Assembly (NCBI GenBank): GCA_963829285.1
Contig: CAWHHW010000005.1
Location: 167,984 to 231,983 of the forward strand
DNA: 64,000 nt
From: an uncultured Thermoleophilia bacterium
Lineage (GTDB): Bacteria > Actinomycetota > Thermoleophilia > Gaiellales > Gaiellaceae
Direction: 5' to 3'
Positions 15,880 through 26,220 of the stretch are shown here, piece after piece. Both the position numbers and the translations under genes were made by a program. Each line of letters starts with the position of its first letter. The stretch's first letter is position 1. The notes below the pieces were generated by a model. The model ran no database searches. It was not told the DNA's origin and saw only the letters and a program-made list of their open reading frames with translations.

Positions 15880-18141
15880 TCACCGTCCTGCCGCCCAGAC
15901 TCGCTCGGGCGTCATCGGCAACTCGTGCACGCGCGCCCCGATCACCTTCGCGATCGCGTTGGCGACCGCTCCCGCGGTGGGCACGCAGGGAGGCTCGCCG
16001 ACGCCCTTCGAGCCCTTCGGCCCGGCATTTGGGGTTTCCGTCTCGATCCAGGCGACGTCGATCTGCGGTGCATCGGATGCGGTCACGAGCTTGTAGTCGG
16101 TCAGATGGGGGTTGCGGTGGCGCCCGTCGGCGTCGAGCTGCGTCCCTTCCGAGAGCGCCTGGCCGATGCCCATCACGACGCCCCCGTACACCTGGCCGTC
16201 GGCGCCGATCTTGTTGAGGATCATGCCGCAGTCGTGCGCGGCAGCGACCTGGAGGACGCGCACGACCCCCGTCTCCCGGTCGACCCTGACGCGCGCCGCG
16301 TGGGCGATCAGCTGCGGCGCGTGGAACGACTCGAGGCCGAGTCGCCCGACGCATCCTTCGGACGGGTCGGCCTCGGGCGGCACCGGCAGCTCGCCCGCCC
16401 CCTTGCCGTGGAACGTCCCACTGCCTGCGAGCTCGGCGATCGTCACCGACTTGTCGGGCGAGCCCTTGACGAGCACCGAGCCTTCGGCGAACTCGAGATC
16501 GTCGCGCGAGGCCTCGAGCTTCTCGGCCGCCGCGTCGAGCAGCTGGTCGCGCAGGTCGGCCGCCGCCGCGATCACGGCGCGGCCACTGTTGAAGGTCGTC
16601 TGGGATCCGCACGACCCCATGTCGAAGGGCGCAGCGTCGGTGTCCTGGTAGAGCATCGAGAAGTCGTCGGGCTGCATGCCGAGCTGCTCTGCGACGTAGG
16701 TCGGCATGGCCATCACTGCGCCGGAGCCGTTCTCCTGCGCGCCGGTGATGATCGTGCCCGTGCCGTCGGGATTCAGCTTCACGTAGGCGCCACTCGGTAT
16801 GGCGAAGCACGGCCACCAGCCCACCGAGACCCCGATCGCCTCGTCCGCGGGCAGCTCCTGCCCGTACCCGATCAGCTCCACGGCCTGCTCGAGCGTCTCT
16901 TTCATCGAGATCCGCTCGAGCACCTGCCCGGTGGCGGTGACGGAGCCGTTCTCGATCAACGTGCGGCGCCGCAACTCGACGGGGTCGATTCCGAGCGCCT
17001 CGGCGAGCTCGTCCATGTGCTGTTCGAGCGCCCAGCACACCTGCGGCGCCGTCGGGGCGCGAATCGACGACGACGGCTGGTTGTTCGAGTAGACGAGCGA
17101 CGACTCGATGTGGGCGGTCTCGAACTCGTACGGCCCGTGTGCGTGCATCGCCGACATCTGGGCGAAGAAACCGCCTTCGCCGCAATACGCGCCTCCGTCG
17201 AGCACGAGCCGCGCCTTGCGTGCGACGAGCGTGCCGTCTGCGCGGGCGCCGGTCTCGAGCTCGATCACCATGCCTTCGCGGCGGTGACCGACGGCGACAA
17301 ACTCTTCGTGCCGGGAGAAGACGAGCTTGACGGGGCGCCGCGCGGCACGCGCGAGCGCTGCAACGTGGCCCTCGAAGTGGAAGTCGCACTTGGCGCCGAA
17401 GCCGCCCCCGAGGAGTGGAACCACCACGCGCACCTGCGACTCGGGAATCTCGAGCGTGCGCGCGATGCCGGCGCGGGCGTGGTACGGCACCTGGGTCGAC
17501 GTCCACACCGTCACCTTGTCGCCCTGCCACTGGGCAACGACGGCGCGCGGCTCGATCGGTACGCCCTGGACGGGGTCGGTCACGTAGCGCCCCTTGACGA
17601 CGACATCGGCTTCTGCGAGCGCGGCGTCGGCGTCACCCTTGACGATCGTCGAGTAGCCGAGCAGGTTGCCCTTCCGGCCAAGCGCCTCGACGCCCTCGTA
17701 GGCCTCCCATTCGGGATGGACGAGGGGCACGTCTTCGGCAAGCGCGCTCGCGAAGTCGGTCACGACGGGGAGCGGCTCGTAGTCCACCTCGATCAGCGCC
17801 GCGGCCTGCTCGGCGATCTCCGCCGTCGTCGCGGCGACTCCGGCGACGATATCGGCCTCGAAGCGGACGGTGTCCTTCGCGAACAGGCGGCGATCCTTGA
17901 CCATGCCGCCGTAGAGCACATCGGGCACGTCCTCGTGGGTGAGGACGGCGAGCACGCCGGGAAGCGCGCGCGCTTTCGTCGTGTCGATCCGCGTGATCCG
18001 AGCGTGGCTGTGGTCGGCGTAGCGGAACTTGGCGACGAGCTGCCCCGCGAGCACGAGATCGGCCGTGTAGAGGCCGGTGCCGGTCACCTTCTCCTTGCCG
18101 TCCGGGCGGATGAACGTCCGGCTGTCCTCGACTGTCGCCAC
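15880..18141 (-). CDS. Xanthine dehydrogenase-family molybdopterin-binding subunit
   Basis: KVTGTGLYTADL, LGGGFGAK, GQVYGGVVMGIG, KGVGEPP; RBS GAGGAG before GTG 18141. Confidence 0.95.
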   Translation of the reverse strand: MATVEDSRTFIRPDGKEKVTGTGLYTADLVLAGQLVAKFRYADHSHARITRIDTTKARALPGVLAVLTHEDVPDVLYGGMVKDRRLFAKDTVRFEADIVAGVAATTAEIAEQAAALIEVDYEPLPVVTDFASALAEDVPLVHPEWEAYEGVEALGRKGNLLGYSTIVKGDADAALAEADVVVKGRYVTDPVQGVPIEPRAVVAQWQGDKVTVWTSTQVPYHARAGIARTLEIPESQVRVVVPLLGGGFGAKCDFHFEGHVAALARAARRPVKLVFSRHEEFVAVGHRREGMVIELETGARADGTLVARKARLVLDGGAYCGEGGFFAQMSAMHAHGPYEFETAHIESSLVYSNNQPSSSIRAPTAPQVCWALEQHMDELAEALGIDPVELRRRTLIENGSVTATGQVLERISMKETLEQAVELIGYGQELPADEAIGVSVGWWPCFAIPSGAYVKLNPDGTGTIITGAQENGSGAVMAMPTYVAEQLGMQPDDFSMLYQDTDAAPFDMGSCGSQTTFNSGRAVIAAAADLRDQLLDAAAEKLEASRDDLEFAEGSVLVKGSPDKSVTIAELAGSGTFHGKGAGELPVPPEADPSEGCVGRLGLESFHAPQLIAHAARVRVDRETGVVRVLQVAAAHDCGMILNKIGADGQVYGGVVMGIGQALSEGTQLDADGRHRNPHLTDYKLVTASDAPQIDVAWIETETPNAGPKGSKGVGEPPCVPTAGAVANAIAKVIGARVHELPMTPERVWAAGR

Positions 18142-18180
18142 TGTCAGCTCTCCTCGCTGCGCGTGTGAACCGCTATCCAA

Positions 18181-18708
18181 TCAGAGCTTCGTGATCGCGT
18201 CACCTACGCGAACGGTGCCAGGCGTGATCACGCGCGTGTTGATGCCCCGCAATCGCAGCTCGCGGCCGGGGGGCTTGTTCACGAACGTGATCGCGGGTGT
18301 GCCGAAGCGGGCGCTGAACTTGGCGCAGCCGGTGTGCGGCTCCGCAGTCACCTCGATCACGGCCTCGCCGATCGCGAGCTGGGTCCCGGTGGGCAGGTTC
18401 TCGAAGCTGAGATCGAGATCGACGTAGAGCTGGTCGCCCGCGAGCGGCCAGCGGTCGCGGGCACCGGCGATGAGGTTGATCGTGCGCGCGTTCATCAACG
18501 TCAGCTGCGTGTCGGGATCGAGCATGTCGCGTTGGCTCCACCGGTCACCGACGAGACCCTCGTCGAGGTCGAGCGTTCCCTCGTCGAGCACCTCGCGCTC
18601 GTCCACGGACGGGCGCCGCACGATCAGCTCGAGCGTGCCGTTGTCGGCCGGTGAGCCGAGGATCTCGTCGAGACCCGCTGCCAGCTCCTCCGCGGTCGCG
18701 TGCTCCAT
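18181..18708 (-). CDS. MOSC domain protein
   Basis: GDQLYVD, PHTGCAKF, LRGINTRVITPGTVRVGD. Confidence 0.9.
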   Translation of the reverse strand: MEHATAEELAAGLDEILGSPADNGTLELIVRRPSVDEREVLDEGTLDLDEGLVGDRWSQRDMLDPDTQLTLMNARTINLIAGARDRWPLAGDQLYVDLDLSFENLPTGTQLAIGEAVIEVTAEPHTGCAKFSARFGTPAITFVNKPPGRELRLRGINTRVITPGTVRVGDAITKL

Positions 18709-18731
18709 CTCGCCAGCCTACGTGCCCGCGC

Positions 18732-19112
18732 TCAGTGCCCGCTACTTTCGATCAGCTCGATGCGGTAGTTGTCGGGATCGCGGACGAAGCAGAGCAGCGA
18801 GCCGCCCTCGCGGATCGAGTACGGCGGCCGCTCCGGCTCGATTCCCTGCGCGGCCAGCCGCTCGAGCGTGTCCGCCATGTTCTCGACGGTCAGCGCGATG
18901 TGCCCGTAGGCGGTGCCGAGCTCGTAGGAGTCGATGCCGAAGTTGTACGTCAGCTCGAGCTCCGGCACCGGCTTCCCGGGAACGCCGAGGAAGTAGTTCA
19001 TCGCCTCCTCGCGAATCGGCAGCTCACGCCTCTTCTCGAGCCCGAGCGCCTCGTAGAACCCAATCGAGCGCTCCGGGTCGGTGATGCGATAGCACGTGTG
19101 GATCAACTCCAT
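18732..19112 (-). CDS. VOC/lactoylglutathione lyase family protein
   Basis: HTCYRI, ELELTYN, YGHIAL, FVRDPDNYRIELIE. Confidence 0.93.
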   Translation of the reverse strand: MELIHTCYRITDPERSIGFYEALGLEKRRELPIREEAMNYFLGVPGKPVPELELTYNFGIDSYELGTAYGHIALTVENMADTLERLAAQGIEPERPPYSIREGGSLLCFVRDPDNYRIELIESSGH

Positions 19113-19177
19113 GGGGTTCGCTCCTCTCTGGTCGACGTCTCCGACAGGCTACGTTCTGAGCACACGAGAGGAGCGAA

Positions 19178-19642
19178 ATGACCCACAGCGAGCACACCTA
19201 CGAATCGAGCCTGGCCTGGCGCGGATCGACCGGGGCGGGGTACGTCGCCTACGACCGGTTCCACACGGCATCGACGCCCCCGGCGACAACGGAGATCCGG
19301 ATGAGCTCCGACGCGGCGTTCCGTGGCGATCCCGATCTCGTGAACCCCGAGCAGCTCCTGGTGCTTGCCGCGAGCTCATGCCAGCTGCTCTCGTTTCTCG
19401 CAGTAGCTGCGCGTCACAAGGTCGACGTGGTGTCCTACGAGGACACGGCCGTCGGGGTGATGCCGATGGACCTGAAGCCGGTCCGGATCACCACGATCGC
19501 GCTCGCGCCGCGGATCGTCGTCGCCCCGGGCACGGATCTCGCGGCGGTCGAGGAGATGATCCACGACGCGCACGACCAGTGCTACGTCGCGAATTCGCTG
19601 ACGACCGAGGTCACGGTTGCTGCGACGATCACGCACGGCTGA
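19178..19642 (+). CDS. OsmC family protein
   Basis: NPEQLLVLAASSC, AHDQCYVANS. Confidence 0.92.
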   Translation: MTHSEHTYESSLAWRGSTGAGYVAYDRFHTASTPPATTEIRMSSDAAFRGDPDLVNPEQLLVLAASSCQLLSFLAVAARHKVDVVSYEDTAVGVMPMDLKPVRITTIALAPRIVVAPGTDLAAVEEMIHDAHDQCYVANSLTTEVTVAATITHG

Positions 19643-19705
19643 GCACAGCGCCCGACGACGGTTCAGCCTGCGGCACCCACTATCCGCGCTGATACGTTCG
19701 CCCGC

Positions 19706-21160
19706 ATGACTCATCGCGTCAATCCCTGGCTGGTTCTCGTGCTCGTCTGCCTGGCGCAGTTCATGGTCGTGCTCGACGCGACGATCGTGAACGTGGCGCT
19801 CCCGACGATCCAGCTCGACCTGAACATGACGGACACCGACCTACAGTGGATCGTCAACGCCTACACGCTGATGTTCGGCGGCTTCCTTCTGCTCGGCGGC
19901 CGCGCCGGCGATCTCGCGGGGCGCAAGAAGATCTTCGTTGCCGGCCTCGTCGTCTTCACGACGGCGTCACTCCTGTGTGCCCTCGCTCAGGGCTCGACCT
20001 GGCTGATCACGACGCGCGGGCTCCAGGGCCTCGGCGCCGCGCTCGTCTCGCCCGCTGCGCTCGCGATCGTGACCGCGACGTTCAAGGAGGGAGCGGAGCG
20101 GACGAAGGCACTGGGCGTGTGGGCCGCGATCGCGGTCGGTGGTGGGGCGGTCGGCCTCGTCCTCGGCGGCGTTCTCGTCGACACGCTCTCGTGGCCGTGG
20201 ATCTTCTTCGTCAACGTTCCCGTCGGGATCGTGGCGCTCACGCTTGCCATCCGCTTCATTCCCGAATCGCGCGACGAGCACACGCACAAGAGCTTCGACA
20301 TCGCCGGCGCGGTGACCGTCACCGGCGGGCTGATCGCGCTCGTGTACGGAATCGTCCGCTCGGCGACGCTGGGCTGGGGCTCGGGCGAAGTGATCGGGAT
20401 CCTGGCGCTCTCGGCCGTCCTGCTGATCGGCTTCGTCGTGATCGAGCACCGTTCGGCCGAGCCGCTCGTCCGGCTCTCGATCTTCTCCGTTCGCACCGTG
20501 CGCGGATCCAACGTTGGGATGCTCGTCGTCGCGATGGGGCTCTTCTCGATGTTCTTCTTCAACACGCTCTTCCTGCAGCGCGTACTCGGCTACTCGGCGC
20601 TCCAGGCCGGTCTTGCCTTCCTGCCGTTCACGGCGGGGATCATTCTCGGCTCGGTGGCCTCGCAGTCACTGATTCCGAAGCTCGGCGCGCGCGAGGTTCC
20701 CGTGATCGGGCTTGGGATCGCCGTGGTCGGGATGCTCTTCTTCCTCCGGCTCTCGCCCGACAGCACCTACGTCAAGGACATCCTGCCCGGGATCATGCTC
20801 GCCTCGATCGGGATGGGATTGACCTTCGTGCCCGTGACGCTGATCGCGACGAGTGGTGTGCCTGTGGACGACGCCGGCCTTGCCTCTGGGCTGTTCAACA
20901 CCTCGCAGCAGATCGGTGGAGCGCTCGGCCTGGCGCTGCTCTCCACCTTCGCGGCGAACAAGACCGCCGACGTGCTCGGAGCGTTGGGTCACAAGCCGAC
21001 CGACGCCGAGTCGGCGCAGGCGCTCGTCGACGGCTTCCACGTGGCCTGGATCGGCTGCGCCGTCTTCCTGGCCGCAGGAGCAGCGTTGCTGTTCACGTTG
21101 CTGCGTCGCGGCGACGTGCTCGCGGTCGCCGGTGGCGAAGCCGGGCCCGTCGTTACCTAG
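19706..21160 (+). CDS. MFS transporter, DHA2 (EmrB/QacA)
   Basis: LDATIVNVALPTI, WIVNAYTL, WPWIFFVNVPVG. Confidence 0.96.
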   Translation: MTHRVNPWLVLVLVCLAQFMVVLDATIVNVALPTIQLDLNMTDTDLQWIVNAYTLMFGGFLLLGGRAGDLAGRKKIFVAGLVVFTTASLLCALAQGSTWLITTRGLQGLGAALVSPAALAIVTATFKEGAERTKALGVWAAIAVGGGAVGLVLGGVLVDTLSWPWIFFVNVPVGIVALTLAIRFIPESRDEHTHKSFDIAGAVTVTGGLIALVYGIVRSATLGWGSGEVIGILALSAVLLIGFVVIEHRSAEPLVRLSIFSVRTVRGSNVGMLVVAMGLFSMFFFNTLFLQRVLGYSALQAGLAFLPFTAGIILGSVASQSLIPKLGAREVPVIGLGIAVVGMLFFLRLSPDSTYVKDILPGIMLASIGMGLTFVPVTLIATSGVPVDDAGLASGLFNTSQQIGGALGLALLSTFAANKTADVLGALGHKPTDAESAQALVDGFHVAWIGCAVFLAAGAALLFTLLRRGDVLAVAGGEAGPVVT

Positions 21161-21283
21161 ACGAGGATTCACGCGTTCTTAACGGTGCGATCTTGCGGGC
21201 GCAACTCATGCGCAAGCTTTTCGAACAACCTGCCGATACACCATCCAGCAGACAACACGAATCCCTCAAAGGAGGGTGCTGCG

Positions 21284-21439
21284 ATGGGCGAAGGACAGAG
21301 GCTCACGACGTGGATCGAGTGGTACCGCTTCGCGCGGCGCGCGCTCGAGCTCGGTCATCCAGAGGCCTGCTCGTACGCCACTGCCCGCTACGTCGAGGAG
21401 CAGAATCGTGTTGTCACCCGCAGGCGGAGAGCAGCATGA
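21284..21439 (+). CDS. Small hypothetical protein (51 aa)
   Basis: RBS AAAGGAGG; ATGA overlap with next gene. Confidence 0.6.
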   Translation: MGEGQRLTTWIEWYRFARRALELGHPEACSYATARYVEEQNRVVTRRRRAA

Positions 21440-21666
21440 GCGGCGATCCGACCGTCACTGCCGTCGCCGGCGACGTCGTCGAGGAGAACGTTCCCGATCG
21501 CGCCGCTCAGGTGCTCGGCTGGCGGATCGAGCAGCTGATCGCTGCCGGCTTCGACGCCGACGCGGCCTTTCTGCTGGCGCTCGACCGCACGGTCGATCTG
21601 CACGAGGCGACCGAGCTCGTCCGGCGCGGCTGCCCGCCCCAGACGGCGCTCCGCATCCTCGTCTAG
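21436..21666 (+). CDS. Small hypothetical protein, paralog of 38758-38961
   Basis: WRIEQLIAAGF..DLHEA..GCPPQTALRIL. Confidence 0.7.
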   Translation: MSGDPTVTAVAGDVVEENVPDRAAQVLGWRIEQLIAAGFDADAAFLLALDRTVDLHEATELVRRGCPPQTALRILV

Positions 21667-22568
21667 AGGCGCGCTGCTGACCGCCGCAGGCGCAAAGCGC
21701 CGCCCGACCCGAGCGCCACGCCGAGGAGGATCAACGCCAGCCCGCCGATCGCCCAGCCGGTGATCGTCTCGTCGAGGATCAGCGAGCCGTAGGCGAGCGC
21801 GAAGCCCGGAATCAGGTAGGTGACCAGGCTGAGCCGGCGCGCGCCGAAGAGGATGATGACGCGGAACATGAGCAGGGTTGCGAACGCTGTGCCGGCGAGC
21901 GAGAGGAGCAGGAGCGACCCAATCGCCGCGGCCGTCGGCATCGAGGTCGGTGGGCTCAGGATCGCAAGCGGCAGGAGGATCACTCCGCCCGCGAGCACGG
22001 ATCCGGCGGCGAGCACGGGCCCCGAAGTCGTCCCGTGCAGGTGAAGCTGGCCGTAGACCCCGGCGCTGGCGTACGAGACCGAGGCGAGCACCACGGCCAG
22101 GGTCCCCGCGACCGCTGCTGGGTTCCCTGCGGGAGCGAGCCCCGCCACGAAGGCAACTCCGACGAGACCGACGCCGACGCCGACGATCCGTGTCGGGCCG
22201 ATTCGCTCGTGCGGGAGGAAGCGCTGCCCGAGCAGGAGCGAGAAGATCGGCACGGTCGCCTGGGCGATCGCGGCTACGTTCGAGTCGATGTGTGTCTCTC
22301 CCCAGGCGACGAGCCAGAACGGGATCGCCGCGTTCAGCGCCCCGAGCGCGATCGATTCGCGCCAGATACCGCGGAGGCGACTGAGGGCCGTGTCGAGGCC
22401 GACAGTCCAGATCAGGTAGCCGAGCAGGACAACCCCTGCGAGCAGCGCGCGGATCGCCATCAGCGCCCCCGGCGAGAAACCGCCGTCGACCCCGACCTTG
22501 ATGAAGAGGTACGACGCTCCCCAGACCGCGGCGAGCACGAGGATCAGCGGCCAGTACCTGCGCGTCAC
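21663..22568 (-). CDS. DMT/EamA family transporter
   Basis: WGASYLFIK, 10 TM pattern, ILDETI. Confidence 0.92.
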   Translation of the reverse strand: MTRRYWPLILVLAAVWGASYLFIKVGVDGGFSPGALMAIRALLAGVVLLGYLIWTVGLDTALSRLRGIWRESIALGALNAAIPFWLVAWGETHIDSNVAAIAQATVPIFSLLLGQRFLPHERIGPTRIVGVGVGLVGVAFVAGLAPAGNPAAVAGTLAVVLASVSYASAGVYGQLHLHGTTSGPVLAAGSVLAGGVILLPLAILSPPTSMPTAAAIGSLLLLSLAGTAFATLLMFRVIILFGARRLSLVTYLIPGFALAYGSLILDETITGWAIGGLALILLGVALGSGGALRLRRSAARL

Positions 22569-22689
22569 GCGCGGGAGGCTAGCGGTGGAACGTGCCCGCC
22601 GCCGACCCGGCCGGATGGTTGGTCGGAGGTAGTCGCATGCGCTCCCCGACACGCACGCCTCCCTCCGACCAACCATCTAGAATGACGTC

Positions 22690-24789
22690 CTGAGCTCCGT
22701 CGCGGAACAGCCCCTCCACCGCCAGCTCGGCCTCACGGACGGGGAGCATGCGCGTATCCAGGAGCTGCTCGAGCGCGAGCCGAACCACTTCGAGCTCGCC
22801 GTCTTCTCTCTCCTCTGGAGCGAGCACTGCGGCTACAAGCACTCGGCCCTCCTGCTGAAGCGGCTCCCGAGCAGCGGCCCGCGCGTCCTGCAGGGGCCGG
22901 GCGAGAACGCCGGTGTGCTCGATCTCGGCGACGGGCTTGCCGTCACGTTCAAGGCCGAGAGCCACAACCACCCCTCGGCGGTGGAGCCGTTCCAGGGCGC
23001 CGCGACGGGGGTCGGCGGCATTCTCCGCGACATCATCGCGATGGGCGCGCGGCCAATCGCACTCCTCGACGGGCTGCGTTTCGGCGCCCCCGACGACCAC
23101 TTCTCTCGCGCTGTCGCGGGCGTCGGCACCTACGGCAACTGCGTCGGCGTGCCGAACGTCGGCGGCGAGGTCGTGTTCGACGACGTCTACGCCTCGAACT
23201 GCCTCGTCAACGCGATGTGCGTCGGCCTCTTGCCGGCCGACACGGTGATGAGCGCCCGGGCCGACACAGCCGGCGCGTTTCTCGTCCTCTACGGAGCGAC
23301 GACCGGTCGCGACGGCATCGGCGGCGCCTCCGTGCTGGCGAGCCAGGAGCTCGGTGACGAGGCGGCCGACAAGCGGCCGTCCGTGCAGGTCGGCGACCCT
23401 TTCACGGGGAAGCGCCTGATCGAGGTGTCCGTCGAGCTCGTCGAGCGCGGCCTCGTGCTCTCGCTCCAGGATTGCGGTGCGGCCGGTCTCGCTTCGTCGC
23501 TCTCCGAGATGGCGGCCGACTACGGGATCGACGTCCACCTCGACGACGTGCCTCAGCGCGAGGAGGGGATGGAGCCGTGGGAGGTCATGATCTCCGAGTC
23601 GCAGGAGCGCATGGTGGCGATCGTCTCGCCCGAGAAGCTGGCCGAGGTCGAGGCGGTGATCGACCGCTGGGAGCTGCACCGCGCCGTGATCGGCAAGGTG
23701 ACGGAGACCGGCGAGCTGCGGGCGATGTGGGATGGAGACGTGGTCGGCGCCATTCCCGCCCGTTTCCTCACCGAGGACTGTCCCCGGTATGTGATCTCGC
23801 CCGAGCCACGAGAGTCGGTGCCCGAGGTGCCGCTGCCGGAACTGCCCGACGCGCGCGATGTCCTGCTCGAACTCCTCGGCTCCGACGCGCTCCGCTCGCG
23901 CTCGTTCGTGACACGCCGCTACGACCAGCTCGTCCTTTCGCGCACCGTCAGGCGGCCCGGGCTCGACGCCGCGGTGCTGCGCCTGCGGCCGTCGTATCGC
24001 GGCCTCGCGCTGACGCTCGACGGCACAGGCCGTCTCGGCTCGCTCGACCCCTTCACGGGCGGTGCGACGGCGATCCTCGAGGCCGCGCGCAACATCGCCT
24101 GTGCGGGTGGCGAGCCAATCGGGTTCACCGACTGCCTCAACTTCGGCAACCCCGAGAAGCCCGAAGTCGCGTGGGAGCTGTCCCAGTCGATCGAGGGGAT
24201 GGCGCAGGCCTGCGAGGCGCTCGGCGTGCCGATCGTCTCCGGGAACGTCTCGCTCTACAACGACACCGACGGCCGTTCGATCCATCCCACGCCTGTCGTG
24301 GGCTGTGTCGGGCTCGTGCCGGATGTGCGACGGATTCCAGGGAGGTGGGAGGCCGGGGACGTGATTCTCGTCGCCTCGACCGGCGCACCCGCGTGGCCCG
24401 GCTCGGAGCTGCAGGCCCGCTACGGCACTGTCTCCGGCACACCGCCGCGGCTCGACCTCGACGCGGAGGCAGCGCTCGTGCGCTTCGTCTACGAGGCAGC
24501 CCCACGCTGCACGCTTGCCCATGACGTCTCCGAAGGAGGGCTCGCCGTCGCGCTCGCCGAGGCGGCGTTGCACTCGGGCGTCGGTGCGCGGCTCGATCTC
24601 CCGCTCGATCCGGTTGGCCTGTTCGGCGAGGGCTGCGGCCAGGTGATCCTGGCGCTCCCCGCCGCACAGGTCGAGACCGATCCGCTTGGCTCGGACATCG
24701 CCGTGCGTCGTATCGGTGAGGTCGGCGGCGACGAGATCCTCGGGAACTCGCTCGACCGGCTGCGCAGCGTCTGGGAGCCGGCCGCCTGA
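22690..24789 (+). CDS. purL: FGAM synthase subunit PurL (N-terminus extends upstream of listed ORF; apparent CTG start)
   Basis: WSEHCGYKHS upstream in frame, ESHNHPSAVEP, VQVGDPF, DCLNFGNP, GNVSLYN. Confidence 0.95.
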   Translation: MSSVAEQPLHRQLGLTDGEHARIQELLEREPNHFELAVFSLLWSEHCGYKHSALLLKRLPSSGPRVLQGPGENAGVLDLGDGLAVTFKAESHNHPSAVEPFQGAATGVGGILRDIIAMGARPIALLDGLRFGAPDDHFSRAVAGVGTYGNCVGVPNVGGEVVFDDVYASNCLVNAMCVGLLPADTVMSARADTAGAFLVLYGATTGRDGIGGASVLASQELGDEAADKRPSVQVGDPFTGKRLIEVSVELVERGLVLSLQDCGAAGLASSLSEMAADYGIDVHLDDVPQREEGMEPWEVMISESQERMVAIVSPEKLAEVEAVIDRWELHRAVIGKVTETGELRAMWDGDVVGAIPARFLTEDCPRYVISPEPRESVPEVPLPELPDARDVLLELLGSDALRSRSFVTRRYDQLVLSRTVRRPGLDAAVLRLRPSYRGLALTLDGTGRLGSLDPFTGGATAILEAARNIACAGGEPIGFTDCLNFGNPEKPEVAWELSQSIEGMAQACEALGVPIVSGNVSLYNDTDGRSIHPTPVVGCVGLVPDVRRIPGRWEAGDVILVASTGAPAWPGSELQARYGTVSGTPPRLDLDAEAALVRFVYEAAPRCTLAHDVSEGGLAVALAEAALHSGVGARLDLPLDPVGLFGEGCGQVILALPAAQVETDPLGSDIAVRRIGEVGGDEILGNSLDRLRSVWEPAA

Positions 24790-26168
24790 TGTGCGGTGTC
24801 TTCGGCATCCGCTCGATCGAGCGCGACGTAGCGCGGCTCTCCTACTTCGCGCTCTTCGCCCTCCAGCACCGCGGCCAGGAGTCGGCCGGGATCGCCGTCT
24901 CGGACGGTGGCCGCCTGACGGTGCTCCGCGACATGGGCCTCGTCGCCCAGGTCTTCAACGAGCAGCAGCTCCAGGCGCTCCCCGGCGAGGTGGCGATCGG
25001 GCACACGCGCTACTCGACGACCGGCGGCGTGCACTGGTCGAACGCCCAGCCGCTCGTCCATCACGGGCGCGCGCGCACCGTCGCGCTCGGACACAACGGC
25101 AACCTGACGAATACGGGCGCGCTGCGCGATGAGCTGCTCGCTGACGGAATCCGGCTCGGCTCGACCTCCGACACCGAGGTGATCGCGGCCCTGATCGCCC
25201 GCGACCCCGCCCCGTTGGCCGAGGCTGTCGCTGCCACGATGCGCCGGCTCGAGGGCGCCTACTCGGTGGTGGCGCTCGTGGACGACACCCTCGTCACGTT
25301 CCGCGACGCGCACGGCATCCGCCCGCTCACGCTTGGCCGTATCGGCGGCGACTGGGTCGTCGCTTCTGAGAGTTGCGCCCTCGATCTGATCGGCGCGTCG
25401 GTCGACCGCCACGTGCGCCCCGGCGAAGTCGTCTGGGTCGACGAGGATGGAATCCACAGCGCGCAGGCGCTTCCCGAAGGACGCGCGGCAGCCTGCATCT
25501 TCGAGCACGTCTACTTCGCGCGGCCCGACTCGCGGCTCGACGGCAGTGAGATCCACTCGAGCCGGGTCAGGATGGGGCAACGCCTCGCAGAAGAGGCTCC
25601 TGCTGTCGCCGACCTCGTGATGCCGATTCCCGACTCGGGCACGCCCGCCGCGATCGGGTTCGCGAAGGCATCGGGGATCCCGTACGACGAAGGGCTGATC
25701 AAGAACCGGTACGTCGGCCGAACGTTCATAGAGCCAGACCAGGAGTTGCGTCGGCAGGGGATCAGGCTGAAGTTCAACCCGCTCGACGAGATCGCGGGCC
25801 GCCGGCTCGTGATCGTCGACGACTCGATCGTGCGCGGCAACACGATGCGACAGCTGATCGCCATGCTCGTCGACTCCGGCGCAGCCGAGGTGCACGTTCG
25901 GATTTCGTCGCCGCCGGTCGTGTCGCCATGCTTCTACGGAATCGACATGGCCGACGAGGACGAGCTCGCCGCCGCCCATCGCTCGGTGGAGGAGATGCGG
26001 GAGCACATCGGCGCCACCTCGCTCCACTACCTCTCGCTCGAGGGGATGCAGTGGGCGTCGCGCTTGCCGGAGGAGTCGGTGTGCCGCGCGTGCTTCACGC
26101 GGGAGTACCCCACTGCGGTGCCTGCGGGTCGTCGTACGAAGATGCGGTTCGAGGAGGTTGTGGCGTGA
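24789..26168 (+). CDS. purF: Amidophosphoribosyltransferase
   Basis: MCGVFG, LQHRGQESAG, GHTRYSTTG, VDDSIVRGNT. Confidence 0.98.
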   Translation: MCGVFGIRSIERDVARLSYFALFALQHRGQESAGIAVSDGGRLTVLRDMGLVAQVFNEQQLQALPGEVAIGHTRYSTTGGVHWSNAQPLVHHGRARTVALGHNGNLTNTGALRDELLADGIRLGSTSDTEVIAALIARDPAPLAEAVAATMRRLEGAYSVVALVDDTLVTFRDAHGIRPLTLGRIGGDWVVASESCALDLIGASVDRHVRPGEVVWVDEDGIHSAQALPEGRAAACIFEHVYFARPDSRLDGSEIHSSRVRMGQRLAEEAPAVADLVMPIPDSGTPAAIGFAKASGIPYDEGLIKNRYVGRTFIEPDQELRRQGIRLKFNPLDEIAGRRLVIVDDSIVRGNTMRQLIAMLVDSGAAEVHVRISSPPVVSPCFYGIDMADEDELAAAHRSVEEMREHIGATSLHYLSLEGMQWASRLPEESVCRACFTREYPTAVPAGRRTKMRFEEVVA

Positions 26169-26220
26169 CGCCGCGAAACCCGGGAAAGCAGGCTGAAGCC
26201 TGTCGTCGGCGGCTGCTGAG

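Noticed and set aside
15880-18141. Aerobic CO dehydrogenase CoxL
   Set aside because: No AYXCSFR/AYXGAGR signature.
15925-18168. Long antisense ORFs (e.g. 747 aa here, 22579-24573, 27515-29062, 44206-45705)
   Set aside because: Shadow frames of real high-GC genes with no motifs.
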